From an uncultured bacterium (lineage in GTDB: Bacteria; Gemmatimonadota; Gemmatimonadetes; Gemmatimonadales; Gemmatimonadaceae), in the NCBI GenBank assembly GCA_963978095.1, contig CAXBQP010000004.1:1-64000 (forward strand): a stretch of 64,000 nucleotides of DNA. Reading direction: 5' to 3'. Below are positions 47,139-57,168 of the stretch, one piece after another; within the stretch, counting starts at the first letter, position 1, and the number at the start of each line of letters is the position of its first letter. A program made the translations under genes and the position numbers. The notes beneath the pieces are model-generated. The model saw only the letters and a program-made list of their open reading frames with translations, searched no databases and was not told where the DNA came from.

Positions 47139-48899
47139 CTAGTTGCCTCGGCCGCCACCACCCGGACCACCGCGACCACCACCCGCAGGCGCTCCACCAC
47201 CCAACGGACTACCACTCATGGACTTCATGCGGTCGTTCTGCTCCTGACGCTTCGCCTGCAGCGCCGCGACACTGAGCATGGCGACCTTGTCCCCTTCCGC
47301 GAGGCCATCGATGACTTCCGTGTAGTCGTAGTTCGCCACGCCCAGACGTACCGACTTCGGCTCCCACGTGGTGCCCTTCTGGAGGAAGACGAGTCCCGTG
47401 CGCTGACGCTGACGGCCACTGGCCATCGCGCCGGCTCCCGGCACGGCACCGGTGGCACCGCCGCGCCCCCCACGTCCACCCATGCCACCACCCATCCCAC
47501 CGCCACCGTTGCCGCCCGCCTTCCGACGGCAGGCACCACTCTTCATCATGTCGACGCCGAGCTCCTTGTAGATCCCGGTCATCTGATCACGCAGGGCGGC
47601 GCGGTCCGCACTCGGGTCACTCATCTTGCCGCGGAGGTCATCCAGCTTCTTGGCGACCGCCGGCTTCTTCTTCATCGCAGCGTCAATCGCCTTGCACTCG
47701 GCGTCGGTGACCTCGATCTGGCTACGCCCGCCGAAGCCCCCTTGACGATCCTGCCCGCCGCCTTGGATCGCCACGAGGTCGAGTTCGCCGCGGCTGACCT
47801 GGGCACCACCGCGCGAGCCACCACCCATGCCACCACCCATGCCACCACCGCCGTTCCCGCCACGGCCGCCACCGTTGCCGCCGCCCGGGCCGCGCAGCTT
47901 CGCGCGCACGGAGTCGGGGTTCAGCCCGAGCAGGCCGGCCGCGACGGCCGCTTCGCGCGGCGAGCGGATGGCATCGTTCGGGACTGCGATCACACCCAAG
48001 CGCTCATCGGTGAGGACGGCGACTTCGCCGTTCATGCCGGGGCGCAGCAAGCCGTCGCTGTTGTCGAGAGAGATCAGCACCGGGAACATCGTCACGTTCT
48101 GCTGTACCGTTGCCGAAGGTTCGATCTTCTCCACGATGCCGCGGAAGACACGGTCCGGAAAGGCATCGACCGTCACCGTGGCCGGCTGGCCAGCGGCCAC
48201 CGCGCCGATGTCCGTTTCGTTCACGAGCGCGCGCGCACGCACCTTGGTGAGGTCGGCCATCGTCGCGATCACGGAACCGCCGCTCACCGATCCCCCGCCG
48301 GCCTGAATGACCTGGCCGAGCGAGACGGGCTTGGTGATGATTGTTCCCGTGACCGACGCGCGGACGGTCGCGTCGGTGAGGCGCTGCGCGTTGAGGTCAC
48401 GCGTCCCCTGATTGCGGAGCAGGGTGGCCTGGGCATTGGCATACGCCGTCTGCGCGGTCTCGAGCTCCGACTGCGTGATGATGCGTTCCTTGAAGAGCTG
48501 CTGCTGACGTGCGAGCTGCGCCTTGGCCACTTCGAAGTTCGAGGTGGCGGCGGCGAGATCCGCCTTGGACTGTTCGAACTGGGTGTGCAGGTCCGTGGTG
48601 TCGATCTGCACGATCAGATCGCCGGGCTTGACGAAGGTCCCGATCTCGATCGACATCTTGGTGACCTGTCCCGATGCGGTCTTGGACTTGACCTCGATCA
48701 CGTTGATCGGCTCGATGATGCCGGTCGCCTCGGCATTGACCACGATGTCGCGGCGCTGGATGGTCGCCGTGGGGATCGTCGCGACCTTGGTCTCGGACTT
48801 GGCACAGGCCCCGAGGGCAACGACGGTGAGCATGAGGAACGTGCGGTTCACGGCGGACTCCGGCTTTGAAAGGAACGTCGGGATGAGTGTCATGGTCAT
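47139..48899 (-). CDS. Efflux periplasmic adaptor (MacA-like MFP) with Gly-rich insert
   Basis: Lipobox LGAC (the start may be GTG 48851), lipoyl/hairpin domains, LRPGMNG, EVIDGLAEGD. Confidence 0.9.
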   Translation of the reverse strand: MTMTLIPTFLSKPESAVNRTFLMLTVVALGACAKSETKVATIPTATIQRRDIVVNAEATGIIEPINVIEVKSKTASGQVTKMSIEIGTFVKPGDLIVQIDTTDLHTQFEQSKADLAAATSNFEVAKAQLARQQQLFKERIITQSELETAQTAYANAQATLLRNQGTRDLNAQRLTDATVRASVTGTIITKPVSLGQVIQAGGGSVSGGSVIATMADLTKVRARALVNETDIGAVAAGQPATVTVDAFPDRVFRGIVEKIEPSATVQQNVTMFPVLISLDNSDGLLRPGMNGEVAVLTDERLGVIAVPNDAIRSPREAAVAAGLLGLNPDSVRAKLRGPGGGNGGGRGGNGGGGMGGGMGGGSRGGAQVSRGELDLVAIQGGGQDRQGGFGGRSQIEVTDAECKAIDAAMKKKPAVAKKLDDLRGKMSDPSADRAALRDQMTGIYKELGVDMMKSGACRRKAGGNGGGGMGGGMGGRGGRGGATGAVPGAGAMASGRQRQRTGLVFLQKGTTWEPKSVRLGVANYDYTEVIDGLAEGDKVAMLSVAALQAKRQEQNDRMKSMSGSPLGGGAPAGGGRGGPGGGGRGN

Positions 48900-50245
48900 T
48901 ACTTCAGGTCGCGCCCGATCAGCGCTTCGATGTTGGCCTTCGCGATGCGCGCGTTGACGCGAGCGGTGATGAGCTGCGCCCGGGCGTTGTCAAGCGTCGT
49001 CTCCGCCTGCAGCACCTCGAGCAGGCTTGACGTGCCGAGGTTGTAGCGCTGCTGCACCACGCGCAGGGCTTCCTGGGCCGACTGGATCGTGAGGAGCTGC
49101 AGGTCGATCGTCGACTGGGCCGTGCGGTAGTTGCTGAGGAACGTGGTGAGATTCTGCACCACCAGCGCTCTGGCGTCGCGGAGATTCGCCTCGGCGTTCT
49201 CGGCGTTCACGCGCGCCACCATCAGTGCTTGCTCACGGGTGTAATTGTTGAAGATCGTGTAACTCACCGACAGCCCGAAGCGGGTGGAGGTGGCCGTGGG
49301 GCCGCCACCGAAGTTGAAGTTCTGCGACTGCTTGGGGTTCTGGCCGTAGGACGCGTTCAGACTGAGCGTCGGCATGTACGGCGTGGTAGCCGCCCTGTGC
49401 TGCGCGCGTGCCGCCTCGAGCGCCTGCGTCGACTGGCGTACCGACGGGCCGTCGGCGACCATGGCCAACAACTGCGCCTCGTCCAGCTCGACCTTGCCGG
49501 TGTCCATGGTGTCGGCCAGGGTGGCCGTGACCATCACCGGCGAGGCCACCAAGCGCGTGAGCGCGGCGTTGGCATTGCGCAGGGAGTTCTCGGCGGTGAG
49601 GATCGACAACTTCGCGTTCCCCACGGCGATCGCGGAGGTGAGGGAGTCGGCGCGCGTCGCGACGCCGGCCTTCATCTTGGCCGAGGCGACGGTCAGCTGC
49701 TGCTGTGCCTGTTCCAGCAACTGCTTGGCGGCGGCCAGCTGCTCGTTGGCGGCCAGCACGTTGAAGTACTGCGTCTTCACCGTGAGGGCGACGCTGTAGC
49801 GCTGCGCTACTTCATTGGCGCTGGCGCTCTCAAGATTGGCTTGGGCCGCGCGCAGGTTGAAGTTCCGCTGACCGCCATCGTACACAGTCAGGTTCGAGGA
49901 GACCGAACGACTGTAGCTCCACGGAAGCCCCGTCGTCGGGACCGGCGTCCCCTGGACGAACTGCGTGCCGCCGGCCTGGTTTCCCGTGTAGGAGAACGAC
50001 GCCGTCGGCAGGAACTGGGCGAGCGAGGCGCGCACGGCCGATTCGCTGGTGCGATTCGCGTTGCGGGCTTGGACGGTCAGCGGCGAGTTCTGCTGCGCCA
50101 GGCGGACAGCTTCCTCGAGCGAGATCGGGCGTGCGCCGGCGCTGCCCTGGGCAGGGGCAACTGACGGAACGAGGGCCACGACGCCGAGGGCGAAGGCACC
50201 CGTGGCGAGTGTTCCCATGGCTTGGCGGATGGTGCCGAACGTCAT
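48899..50245 (-). CDS. TolC family outer membrane efflux protein
   Basis: Signal peptide, SLEEAVRLA, two OEP repeats, RYNLG. Confidence 0.9.
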   Translation of the reverse strand: MTFGTIRQAMGTLATGAFALGVVALVPSVAPAQGSAGARPISLEEAVRLAQQNSPLTVQARNANRTSESAVRASLAQFLPTASFSYTGNQAGGTQFVQGTPVPTTGLPWSYSRSVSSNLTVYDGGQRNFNLRAAQANLESASANEVAQRYSVALTVKTQYFNVLAANEQLAAAKQLLEQAQQQLTVASAKMKAGVATRADSLTSAIAVGNAKLSILTAENSLRNANAALTRLVASPVMVTATLADTMDTGKVELDEAQLLAMVADGPSVRQSTQALEAARAQHRAATTPYMPTLSLNASYGQNPKQSQNFNFGGGPTATSTRFGLSVSYTIFNNYTREQALMVARVNAENAEANLRDARALVVQNLTTFLSNYRTAQSTIDLQLLTIQSAQEALRVVQQRYNLGTSSLLEVLQAETTLDNARAQLITARVNARIAKANIEALIGRDLK

Positions 50246-50616
50246 TTCTTCTCCGTGCGCTGCGCATCACGCTGCTGGCGATTGCGCTGCATCTGGTCGT
50301 AAATCGCCTTCTGCTCGGGAGTGAGCAGTTGGGTGAGTCGCGCGCGGGCGGTCATGCTGGCCGAGTCGAGGAGCGGTCGCACCGGCGCGAGGATCGAATC
50401 CTGCGCGTGGTTGCGGTCGTCGAAGATCCGGTTGGCCGAGTCCCGTTGCGCGGGGGTGAGGTGCAACTGGTCGAACGTACGCTGCCGCATGGCCTTTTGG
50501 TCGAACCAGCGGGAGTTCTCGCGGAACACGATACGGTCCGCCGCCACGCCGACCGCGGCGCCCGCCAGGGCGGCACCGAGATACATCGCAAGGGCCATGC
50601 TCTTGGACCGGGTCAT
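50242..50616 (-). CDS. Periplasmic Spy/CpxP-like (LTxxQ) protein
   Basis: TM/signal segment, then LHLTPAQ and LLTPEQ motifs. Confidence 0.7.
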   Translation of the reverse strand: MTRSKSMALAMYLGAALAGAAVGVAADRIVFRENSRWFDQKAMRQRTFDQLHLTPAQRDSANRIFDDRNHAQDSILAPVRPLLDSASMTARARLTQLLTPEQKAIYDQMQRNRQQRDAQRTEKK

Positions 50617-50626
50617 GGCACCCCTC

Positions 50627-50998
50627 CTAGCGTCCCGTCAACGCGCGAATGGTGGCCTGTTCGGCCATCCGTTCGCGAGCAGCGAGGGTGGGCGCGTCGA
50701 TCGTCGAAGGATCGATGATCGTCTGGTACTCGGCGCGTGCGTACTGGTTCTGATTCCGCATCAGCAGGCTGCCCGCGACCAGCACGGCGAAGCCGGCGGC
50801 CACGAGACCGATGCGCAACCACTTCTCCGGGACGATGTACCACGCGTCCCCGAGGTCAGCCGCCGAGAGGCGCGACAGGATGCGCGCTTCCAAACCGCTC
50901 CAATACGCGGAGTCCGACGGCGCGGCGTACAACGCGCGCAGTGCCGTAGTCACCTCGTCATCTCGTACGAGCGATGGTCCGCGATAGTCCTCGATCAT
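50627..50998 (-). CDS. Putative single-pass anti-sigma factor
   Basis: 4-nt overlap with the sigma gene; short cytoplasmic N-terminus and one TM helix. Confidence 0.6.
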   Translation of the reverse strand: MIEDYRGPSLVRDDEVTTALRALYAAPSDSAYWSGLEARILSRLSAADLGDAWYIVPEKWLRIGLVAAGFAVLVAGSLLMRNQNQYARAEYQTIIDPSTIDAPTLAARERMAEQATIRALTGR

Positions 50999-51540
50999 AA
51001 CTCCCTCCGTACAGGTCCCAGGATGCCACGCAACTGTGACCGCGCGTAATGCAAATCCGATCTTGCCGTTCCCTCGGGGATCCCGAGCAACTCACCGATC
51101 TCGGAGTGCTTGAAACCCTCCACATCATGCAACACGATCACCGACCGCTGCCGCTCGGGCAGCGCCGCCAGTGCCACCTGCAGGCGCTGACGCAGTTCAT
51201 CCCCTTCCGCCGGGTCCCGGAATGGCGACGCCACCGTCTCCGGCAACTCGTCGGCGTCCCGTACCTTCCGTCTCCGCGTGATGTCCAGCGCGGCGTTGGC
51301 CACGATCCGGTGCAGCCATGCCCCGAATGCCTGGTCCGGCAGGAATCTGTCGAGCGCCTTGTACGCGTGCAGAAAGGCCTCCTGCACGGCATCCTCGGCG
51401 TCCTCATGGTTGACCACGATCGCTCGCGCAACTGCGTAGGCGCGCCGTTGGTGCGTCCGAACGAGCTGCGAAAACGCCTCCCGCTCGCCCCGCTGTGCCG
51501 CAAGCACAAGCGCCCGCTCGTCCGATGGACGGTCCGTCAC
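50995..51540 (-). CDS. ECF RNA polymerase sigma factor
   Basis: AEDAVQEAF, FGAWLHRIVAN, LPERQR, EIGELLGIPEGTARSDLHYAR. Start uncertain (51540 to 51627). Confidence 0.92.
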   Translation of the reverse strand: MTDRPSDERALVLAAQRGEREAFSQLVRTHQRRAYAVARAIVVNHEDAEDAVQEAFLHAYKALDRFLPDQAFGAWLHRIVANAALDITRRRKVRDADELPETVASPFRDPAEGDELRQRLQVALAALPERQRSVIVLHDVEGFKHSEIGELLGIPEGTARSDLHYARSQLRGILGPVRREL

Positions 51541-51681
51541 GGACCAGCTGCCGGTCGAGTCTGAACGCGTGCCCCCGGTCGAAACGATCGGGCGGGACGC
51601 GACGGTCGCGAGTGCCTCAACTCTCACGCTCCAGATACGCGAGCGCGAGGCTGACCGTTGGCGCGCGCGGTGGGGGAGTGC

Positions 51682-52284
51682 TCACGCGGCGGACGCCCCG
51701 GACAGCCCGAGCAGCGCTGCCCGTTCCCGCATGGCGGCGATCACGAACGCGATGTGCGCATCGAGCTCGACGCCGAGCTCCGACGCCCCTTGGGTGACAT
51801 CCTCGCGGTTCACGCCGCGCGCGAAAGCCTTGTCCTTCATCTTCTTCTTGACACTCGAGACCTCGAGGTCGTTCACGCTCCGGCTGGGCCGGACGAGCGC
51901 GCACGCGGTGATCATCCCGCACAGCTCGTCCACGGCGAAGAGCGCCTTGGCCATGCGCGTCTGCCGCGCCACCCCGGTGTAATGCGCGTGCCCGAGGATC
52001 GCCTCCAGCACGTCTTCCGGGTAGCCGAGCCCCCGCAGTACCCGAACACCCTCCGAAGGATGTTCGGCATCCGCCGCATGGGCATCGTTCGGGTACCGCT
52101 CGTAGTCGAAGTCGTGCATCAGACCGGCGAGTCCCCACCGCTCGACGTCCTCGCCGAAGTGGGCGGCGTACGACCGCATGGCACCCTCCACCGAGAGCAT
52201 GTGCTTCCGGAGCGAGTCACTTGGCGTCCAGGACTCCATCAGCGCGAGCGCGTCGGATCGGGTGGGCAACGAGGAGTCGGGCAT
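51682..52284 (-). CDS. HD/HDIG domain metal-dependent phosphohydrolase
   Basis: LRKH, LMHDFDYE, HP, ILGHA, AVDELCG. Confidence 0.88.
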   Translation of the reverse strand: MPDSSLPTRSDALALMESWTPSDSLRKHMLSVEGAMRSYAAHFGEDVERWGLAGLMHDFDYERYPNDAHAADAEHPSEGVRVLRGLGYPEDVLEAILGHAHYTGVARQTRMAKALFAVDELCGMITACALVRPSRSVNDLEVSSVKKKMKDKAFARGVNREDVTQGASELGVELDAHIAFVIAAMRERAALLGLSGASAA

Positions 52285-52422
52285 GACGGAAGGGGGTGAT
52301 GCCGGGGGTGAAGGTCCGAACGCACGGCGCGCCCAGCCGGCTCGGCTGGGCGCGCCACCTACTGAATCTAAGCAAGAACAGGGGGGCGGGGTTCCCGGTG
52401 GCACTGCCCCGGGAGGCGGCGA

Positions 52423-53013
52423 TTACCGATCCCGGTCGCCGCCGGGCATCATGCGCATGAAGTCCTCCTCCTGATCCTTGATCAAGGCCACCGCCTTGGC
52501 TTTGACCGCGGGGTCGGTCAGGACGGCGAGTGTCGCGTCGATGTCGGCGGTCCGCTGGTTCCGGATCCCCATGAGCGCCTGCTGCAGGCCGCGCATGGCT
52601 TGCTGCATGGACGCCTGTTCCGCGGGGGACGGCGCATCGGTGGCGAACTTCTGCTTGGAGCGCGAGCCGCCGACTTCGGCGCTCACCGACCGCGACGCCC
52701 GACGCAGCGAGTCATAGCTGGCGAGGCTCACCTTGTAACGTTCCTTGATCTGCCCCTCGACCGCCTTCAGCGCCGTCACCTGCTCGTCGGTGAGCTGCAG
52801 CTTCTTCTTCTTGTCGATCAGGAACGATGCCGGGTTCATGTCCTCGAGATCGCCGCGGGTCGGCGACTTGAAGGCCGCACCGCCACGTGGCGCGCCGCCA
52901 CTGCTGCCGCCGCCATCGTCGCCGCCGCTGCTGCGTGATCCCGTGCGCTGCGCCGTTGCCAACGTCGGGATGAGGGCCATCATGGCCAGAGCCACGTACA
53001 GGTTGCGCTTCAT
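52423..53013 (-). CDS. Hypothetical secreted helical protein (Spy/LTxxQ-like)
   Basis: Signal peptide MKRNLYV...ATA-Q, Gly-rich linker, LQLTDEQ and VLTD motifs. Confidence 0.7.
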   Translation of the reverse strand: MKRNLYVALAMMALIPTLATAQRTGSRSSGGDDGGGSSGGAPRGGAAFKSPTRGDLEDMNPASFLIDKKKKLQLTDEQVTALKAVEGQIKERYKVSLASYDSLRRASRSVSAEVGGSRSKQKFATDAPSPAEQASMQQAMRGLQQALMGIRNQRTADIDATLAVLTDPAVKAKAVALIKDQEEDFMRMMPGGDRDR

Positions 53014-53094
53014 GGGTCGAATCCTCCGGTGGGGTCGTCGTGCCGGGCGGAACCGTGTCACGTCCGCCGCCACAGTAGTCTACGCAATCCCCGG

Positions 53095-54690
53095 CTAATG
53101 CGCTTGCACCGCCGCGCGCCCCTTGCCGTGCTTCCAGAACAGCATGAGCGGAATGGCGCAGCAGAGCATGATGCCGCTGAGCAGATAGATCTTGGAGAAC
53201 GCCAAGACACTGGCCTGGGCGCTCACCGATCGGTCGATCATCCGCAGCGCCATGGCGTGCGCGCTGGCCGGATTCATCCCGCGGGCGACCATCGCCCGGG
53301 TGATCCCGTCCACCCGCGCGAGCACTTCGGGGTCGATCATCCCGACGTGCTCCGTGAGCACGGACTTGGACTGGGCCGTGAATCGCGACAGGAGCGTCGC
53401 GACGATCGCGATCCCCATCGAGCCGCCGAGCTGGCGCATGAGATTGAACATGCCGGTCCCCTGCGGGATCTCCCACGGCTTCAACTCCGCCATCGAGGCA
53501 CCGGTGAGCGGGATGAAGATCAACCCGAGCGAGACGCCGCGGGCCACCAACGGCCAGAACAGGTCGTCGGCGCCACTGTCGTAGGAGAGCAGCGACAGGC
53601 GCCACATGCACCAGAGAAAGCCCAGGACGCCGATCACGATCAACGGGCGCGCGTCGAACTTGCTCGCGAACCGTCCGAGCACGGCCATCGTGATCGCCGA
53701 CGAGATCGCCCCGGGGAGAATCACCAATCCGGTTTGATTCGCCGTGAAGCCGTGCAGCCCCTGCAGGAACACCGGAAGGACGAAGACCGACCCGAACAGC
53801 GCGAACCCGAGCAGCGACGCCATGGCGACGCCGGTGGCGAGCTGCCGACTATGCAGCACGCGGAAGTTGATCACCGGTTCCTCGGTCGTGAGCTCGTGGT
53901 AGACGAGCCAGGCGAAGGACACGAACGCCGTGACCCCCAGGGCGGTGACGAATCGCGATTCGAACCAGTCGTAGCGCTCGCCGCGCTCGAGCATCCACTG
54001 CAGCGCCCCGACACCGGTCGTGAGCAAGCCGATGCCGAGCCAGTCCACGGAGGTGGCCTTCTGGTGCAACTCGGAGTTGCGGACGTAGCTCCACACCATC
54101 AGGCCGGCGATCATCCCGAGCGGCAGATTGATGTAGAAGATCCAGGGCCAATCGAAGTTGTCGACGATGTAACCGCCGAGGGTCGGGCCGAGCGTGGGGC
54201 CGACCATGACGCCCACGCCGAACATGGCTTGTCCGATGCCGACTTCCTTGGGCGGGAATGCCTCCCAGAGCGTGGATTGTGCCGTGGAGAGCAGCGCGCC
54301 GCCCCCCAGTCCCTGCACGACGCGCCAGAACACCAGTCCGGCCAGGGTGTGTGCGGCCCCGCAGAAGAACGACGATGCGACGAAGATCATGATCGACCCG
54401 GTCAGGTAGCGCCGCCGGCCGAAATAGGCCGCGAGCCATCCCGACATGGGGATGATGATCACGTTCGCGATGATGTAGCCCGTCGAGACCCACGAGATCT
54501 CGTCGAGGGTCGCGCCCAGATTGCCCATCATGTGCGGGATGGCGACGTTGACGATGCTCGTGTCGATCAACTCGAGCATCGCGGCCATCGTCACCGCGAT
54601 CGCGATGAGATACTTGTGTTTGTACTTGTCCTCGACGACGTCCGCGGTGGAAGCGGACGCGCCAACGGCGGGATGGACGGCGGCGGCCAC
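53095..54690 (-). CDS. DHA2 family MFS efflux permease (EmrB/QacA)
   Basis: DTSIVNVA, WVSTGY, RVVQGLGGG, GPTLGG, WIFYINLP; 14-TM pattern. Confidence 0.95.
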   Translation of the reverse strand: MAAAVHPAVGASASTADVVEDKYKHKYLIAIAVTMAAMLELIDTSIVNVAIPHMMGNLGATLDEISWVSTGYIIANVIIIPMSGWLAAYFGRRRYLTGSIMIFVASSFFCGAAHTLAGLVFWRVVQGLGGGALLSTAQSTLWEAFPPKEVGIGQAMFGVGVMVGPTLGPTLGGYIVDNFDWPWIFYINLPLGMIAGLMVWSYVRNSELHQKATSVDWLGIGLLTTGVGALQWMLERGERYDWFESRFVTALGVTAFVSFAWLVYHELTTEEPVINFRVLHSRQLATGVAMASLLGFALFGSVFVLPVFLQGLHGFTANQTGLVILPGAISSAITMAVLGRFASKFDARPLIVIGVLGFLWCMWRLSLLSYDSGADDLFWPLVARGVSLGLIFIPLTGASMAELKPWEIPQGTGMFNLMRQLGGSMGIAIVATLLSRFTAQSKSVLTEHVGMIDPEVLARVDGITRAMVARGMNPASAHAMALRMIDRSVSAQASVLAFSKIYLLSGIMLCCAIPLMLFWKHGKGRAAVQAH

Positions 54691-54694
54691 GAGG

Positions 54695-55777
54695 CTACCT
54701 GGTCGCGACCGAGGCGGTGACGCTCATCCCGGGACGCAAGGGACGCTCCGCGCCGCATCCCTTGGTGATGGCGATGCGCACGGGCACGCGCTGCACGACC
54801 TTCGTGAAGTTGCCGGTCGAGTTGTCCGGTGGGAGCAAAGCGAACTTCGCACCGGTCGCCGCGCTCAGGCTTTCGATCTTCCCCTCGGCGGTGCACCCGG
54901 GATACGAGTCCACTTCCACCTCCACGACCTGTCCGACCTTGAGCGCGGCGAGCTGCGTCTCCTTGAAATTCGCGGTGATCCAGACCGCGCTGTCGGAGAC
55001 GAGCGTGAGCAACGGTTGTCCGGCCTGCACGAGCTGGCCGATCTCCACCTGCTTGCGGCTCACGGTGCCGCTGACGGGCGCCTCGACCTTGGTGTACGAC
55101 AGTTGCAGGCGTGCGTTGTTCAGCGTGGCCTGTGCGCTGTTGTAGCGGGCGAGGGCGAACTTGGAGCCGATCTCGGCGTTGGACAGCTGGGCGGCCGCGG
55201 AGGTGGCCTGACGCTCGGTGGCGGTCAGCTGCGCACTGGCCTGATCGTAGGCGGCCTGCGCGGCGTCGAGCTGCTGCCGCGAGACGATCTGCTTGCCCAC
55301 CAGTTCCTTCATGCGGGCGAGATCCGCCGCCGCCTTCGCCTGCGCGGCCCGGGCGGCCAGGATCTGCGCCTGCACCACCTGGCCCTGGCTGGCGGCGCCG
55401 CGGATCTGCGCGTCGGCCTGTCCCGCGACACCACCCGCACCGGCGACATACGCCGCCGCGCTGAGCTCGGCCTCCGCCTGCTGCACCCGCACGGCGTACT
55501 CGGCATCGTCAATCTGGATCAGCGACTGGCCCACCTTCACCGGCTGGTTCTCGGCGATGCGGACGGTCTTCACGTAGCCGCCGACCTTGGCGAGCACGGG
55601 GACGATTGATCCATCCACCTGCGCATTGTCGGTGGTCTGGTGCGACTGATTGTACCACCACGTCTTCCCCGCCCAAAGGCAGCCGAGCAGGGTGAGCGTT
55701 CCGAGGATGGGAAGCATCTTGCCCCGCTTCTGCGGCGCGGCGGTGGCGGAGTTGTCGGGAGTCACGGTCGAAGCCAT
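54695..55777 (-). CDS. EmrA/HlyD family membrane fusion protein
   Basis: TDNAQV, ANFKETQL, LLPPDNSTGNFTKVVQRVPVRI, LRPGMSV. Start at MASTVTP. Confidence 0.95.
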   Translation of the reverse strand: MASTVTPDNSATAAPQKRGKMLPILGTLTLLGCLWAGKTWWYNQSHQTTDNAQVDGSIVPVLAKVGGYVKTVRIAENQPVKVGQSLIQIDDAEYAVRVQQAEAELSAAAYVAGAGGVAGQADAQIRGAASQGQVVQAQILAARAAQAKAAADLARMKELVGKQIVSRQQLDAAQAAYDQASAQLTATERQATSAAAQLSNAEIGSKFALARYNSAQATLNNARLQLSYTKVEAPVSGTVSRKQVEIGQLVQAGQPLLTLVSDSAVWITANFKETQLAALKVGQVVEVEVDSYPGCTAEGKIESLSAATGAKFALLPPDNSTGNFTKVVQRVPVRIAITKGCGAERPLRPGMSVTASVATR

Positions 55778-55803
55778 CGGTCTCGTCTCAGGAAGGAAGT
55801 CGT

Positions 55804-57168
55804 TTACGGAAGGTCGGTCACGGTGCCCTGCGCTCGGGCGAGCGCGAGGCGCGCGCCCAGATAGGCGGCGCGGGCATCCACGAGTTGCGTGCGGGCGGCA
55901 TTCAAGGTCAGCGATGCGGAGATCACATCGGCGTTCCCGGACACACCGGCGGTGAAGCGGTCGCGCGCCTGCGCGAGTTCCTGATTGGCCAGTGCGAGCC
56001 GTTCTTCCTGCGCGGCCAGCTGTTCGCGCGCCGAGGCGAGGTCGAGCAGCGCGCCGCGCACATCGGTGGCGGCTTGTTCGGCGATATCGCGTCGCCGCAC
56101 GCCGAGTTCGCGGAGGACCGCCCCCTGCTCGTCGATGCGGCCATCGCGGCGGAAGCCGTCGAAGACCGGCACGGAGAGTGAGATCCCCCAGGTGTAGGTG
56201 GGGATCAGATGCTCGAGTCCTTTGCCGTTGGAGCCCTGGTCGGCGAAGAGTCCGAGCGAGGGGAGGCGCTCGGCGCGGAGTGCCTCGATCTGCCGTTCGG
56301 CGGCGCGGGTCGCATCGTCGGCGGCGCGCAGTTCCGCGCGGCCGCGCAGCGCCTGGTCGATCGCGCTTTGCTCGGAGGGGAGCGGGGCGCTGGTGGTCAG
56401 GGTGGCGAGCGAGTCGGAGAGAAGGACGGACTGCGCGGCCGGGATGCCCAGGGCGCGATTCAGCTCGAGCCGGGCCCGGTTCCGTTCGTTGCGGGCGGCG
56501 ATCAGTTGCGCGCGTGCGGTGGCCAGCTGCGCCTGCGCGCGGGTGACGTCCAGCGCGATGCCGACACCGGCGGTGAGTTGGTCGCGGGCGATGCCCAGCA
56601 GCTCGGTGGCGAGCGTCGAGTCGGCGATGCGCGCACCCAGCTGCGCGTCGGCGCGCGACGCCCGCACGTAGGCCGCGGCCGCGGTGGCGGCCGCTTGTTG
56701 CGCGGCGACACTGACATCCGCGGTCGCCGCCGTCACGGAGGCGCGAGCGGCGCGGAGTCGGGCGAAGGATCCGAAGTCGTAGATCTTTTGGTTCAGCGTG
56801 CCGCGCAGGTCCCACGCGCGCACGGGGCCCAGGACCTGGCCGTTCGGGTCGAACAGGAACTTGCCCGAGGTGGCGTCGCGGAAGCTGATCCCCATGCTGG
56901 CGGAGTTGAAGGTGCGCTCCACATCGCTGACGCCGACCGAAAAGTTGGGCAGGAAATCGGCGAGCCGTTGCCGGACGCGGGCGTCCGCCTGGGAGACGCG
57001 CTCCTTGGCCGCGATCGGCGCGGCGTTGCCCTGTGCCGCCATGCGGGCGGCACCACCCAAGCTGAGGGTGAGCGGTGCTTGGGCGGAGAGTGAGGCCGCG
57101 GGGAGGGCCAGGCGCGCGAGGAGCCCGAGGGCGACGAGCCGGCGAGGGATCGAGAGAATCGTGGTCAT
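55804..57168 (-). CDS. TolC family outer membrane efflux protein
   Basis: Signal peptide, two OEP repeats, PVFDG, RFTAG; ATGA overlap with tetR. Confidence 0.9.
   Translation of the reverse strand: MTTILSIPRRLVALGLLARLALPAASLSAQAPLTLSLGGAARMAAQGNAAPIAAKERVSQADARVRQRLADFLPNFSVGVSDVERTFNSASMGISFRDATSGKFLFDPNGQVLGPVRAWDLRGTLNQKIYDFGSFARLRAARASVTAATADVSVAAQQAAATAAAAYVRASRADAQLGARIADSTLATELLGIARDQLTAGVGIALDVTRAQAQLATARAQLIAARNERNRARLELNRALGIPAAQSVLLSDSLATLTTSAPLPSEQSAIDQALRGRAELRAADDATRAAERQIEALRAERLPSLGLFADQGSNGKGLEHLIPTYTWGISLSVPVFDGFRRDGRIDEQGAVLRELGVRRRDIAEQAATDVRGALLDLASAREQLAAQEERLALANQELAQARDRFTAGVSGNADVISASLTLNAARTQLVDARAAYLGARLALARAQGTVTDLP

Noticed and set aside
47450..47890. CCACCCATG-type DNA repeats as CRISPR or VNTR
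   Set aside because: They are in-frame Gly/Met codon repeats without spacers.
54695..56815. 706-aa EmrA ORF
   Set aside because: The extension is an off-frame read through tolC; EmrA homology begins at 55777.
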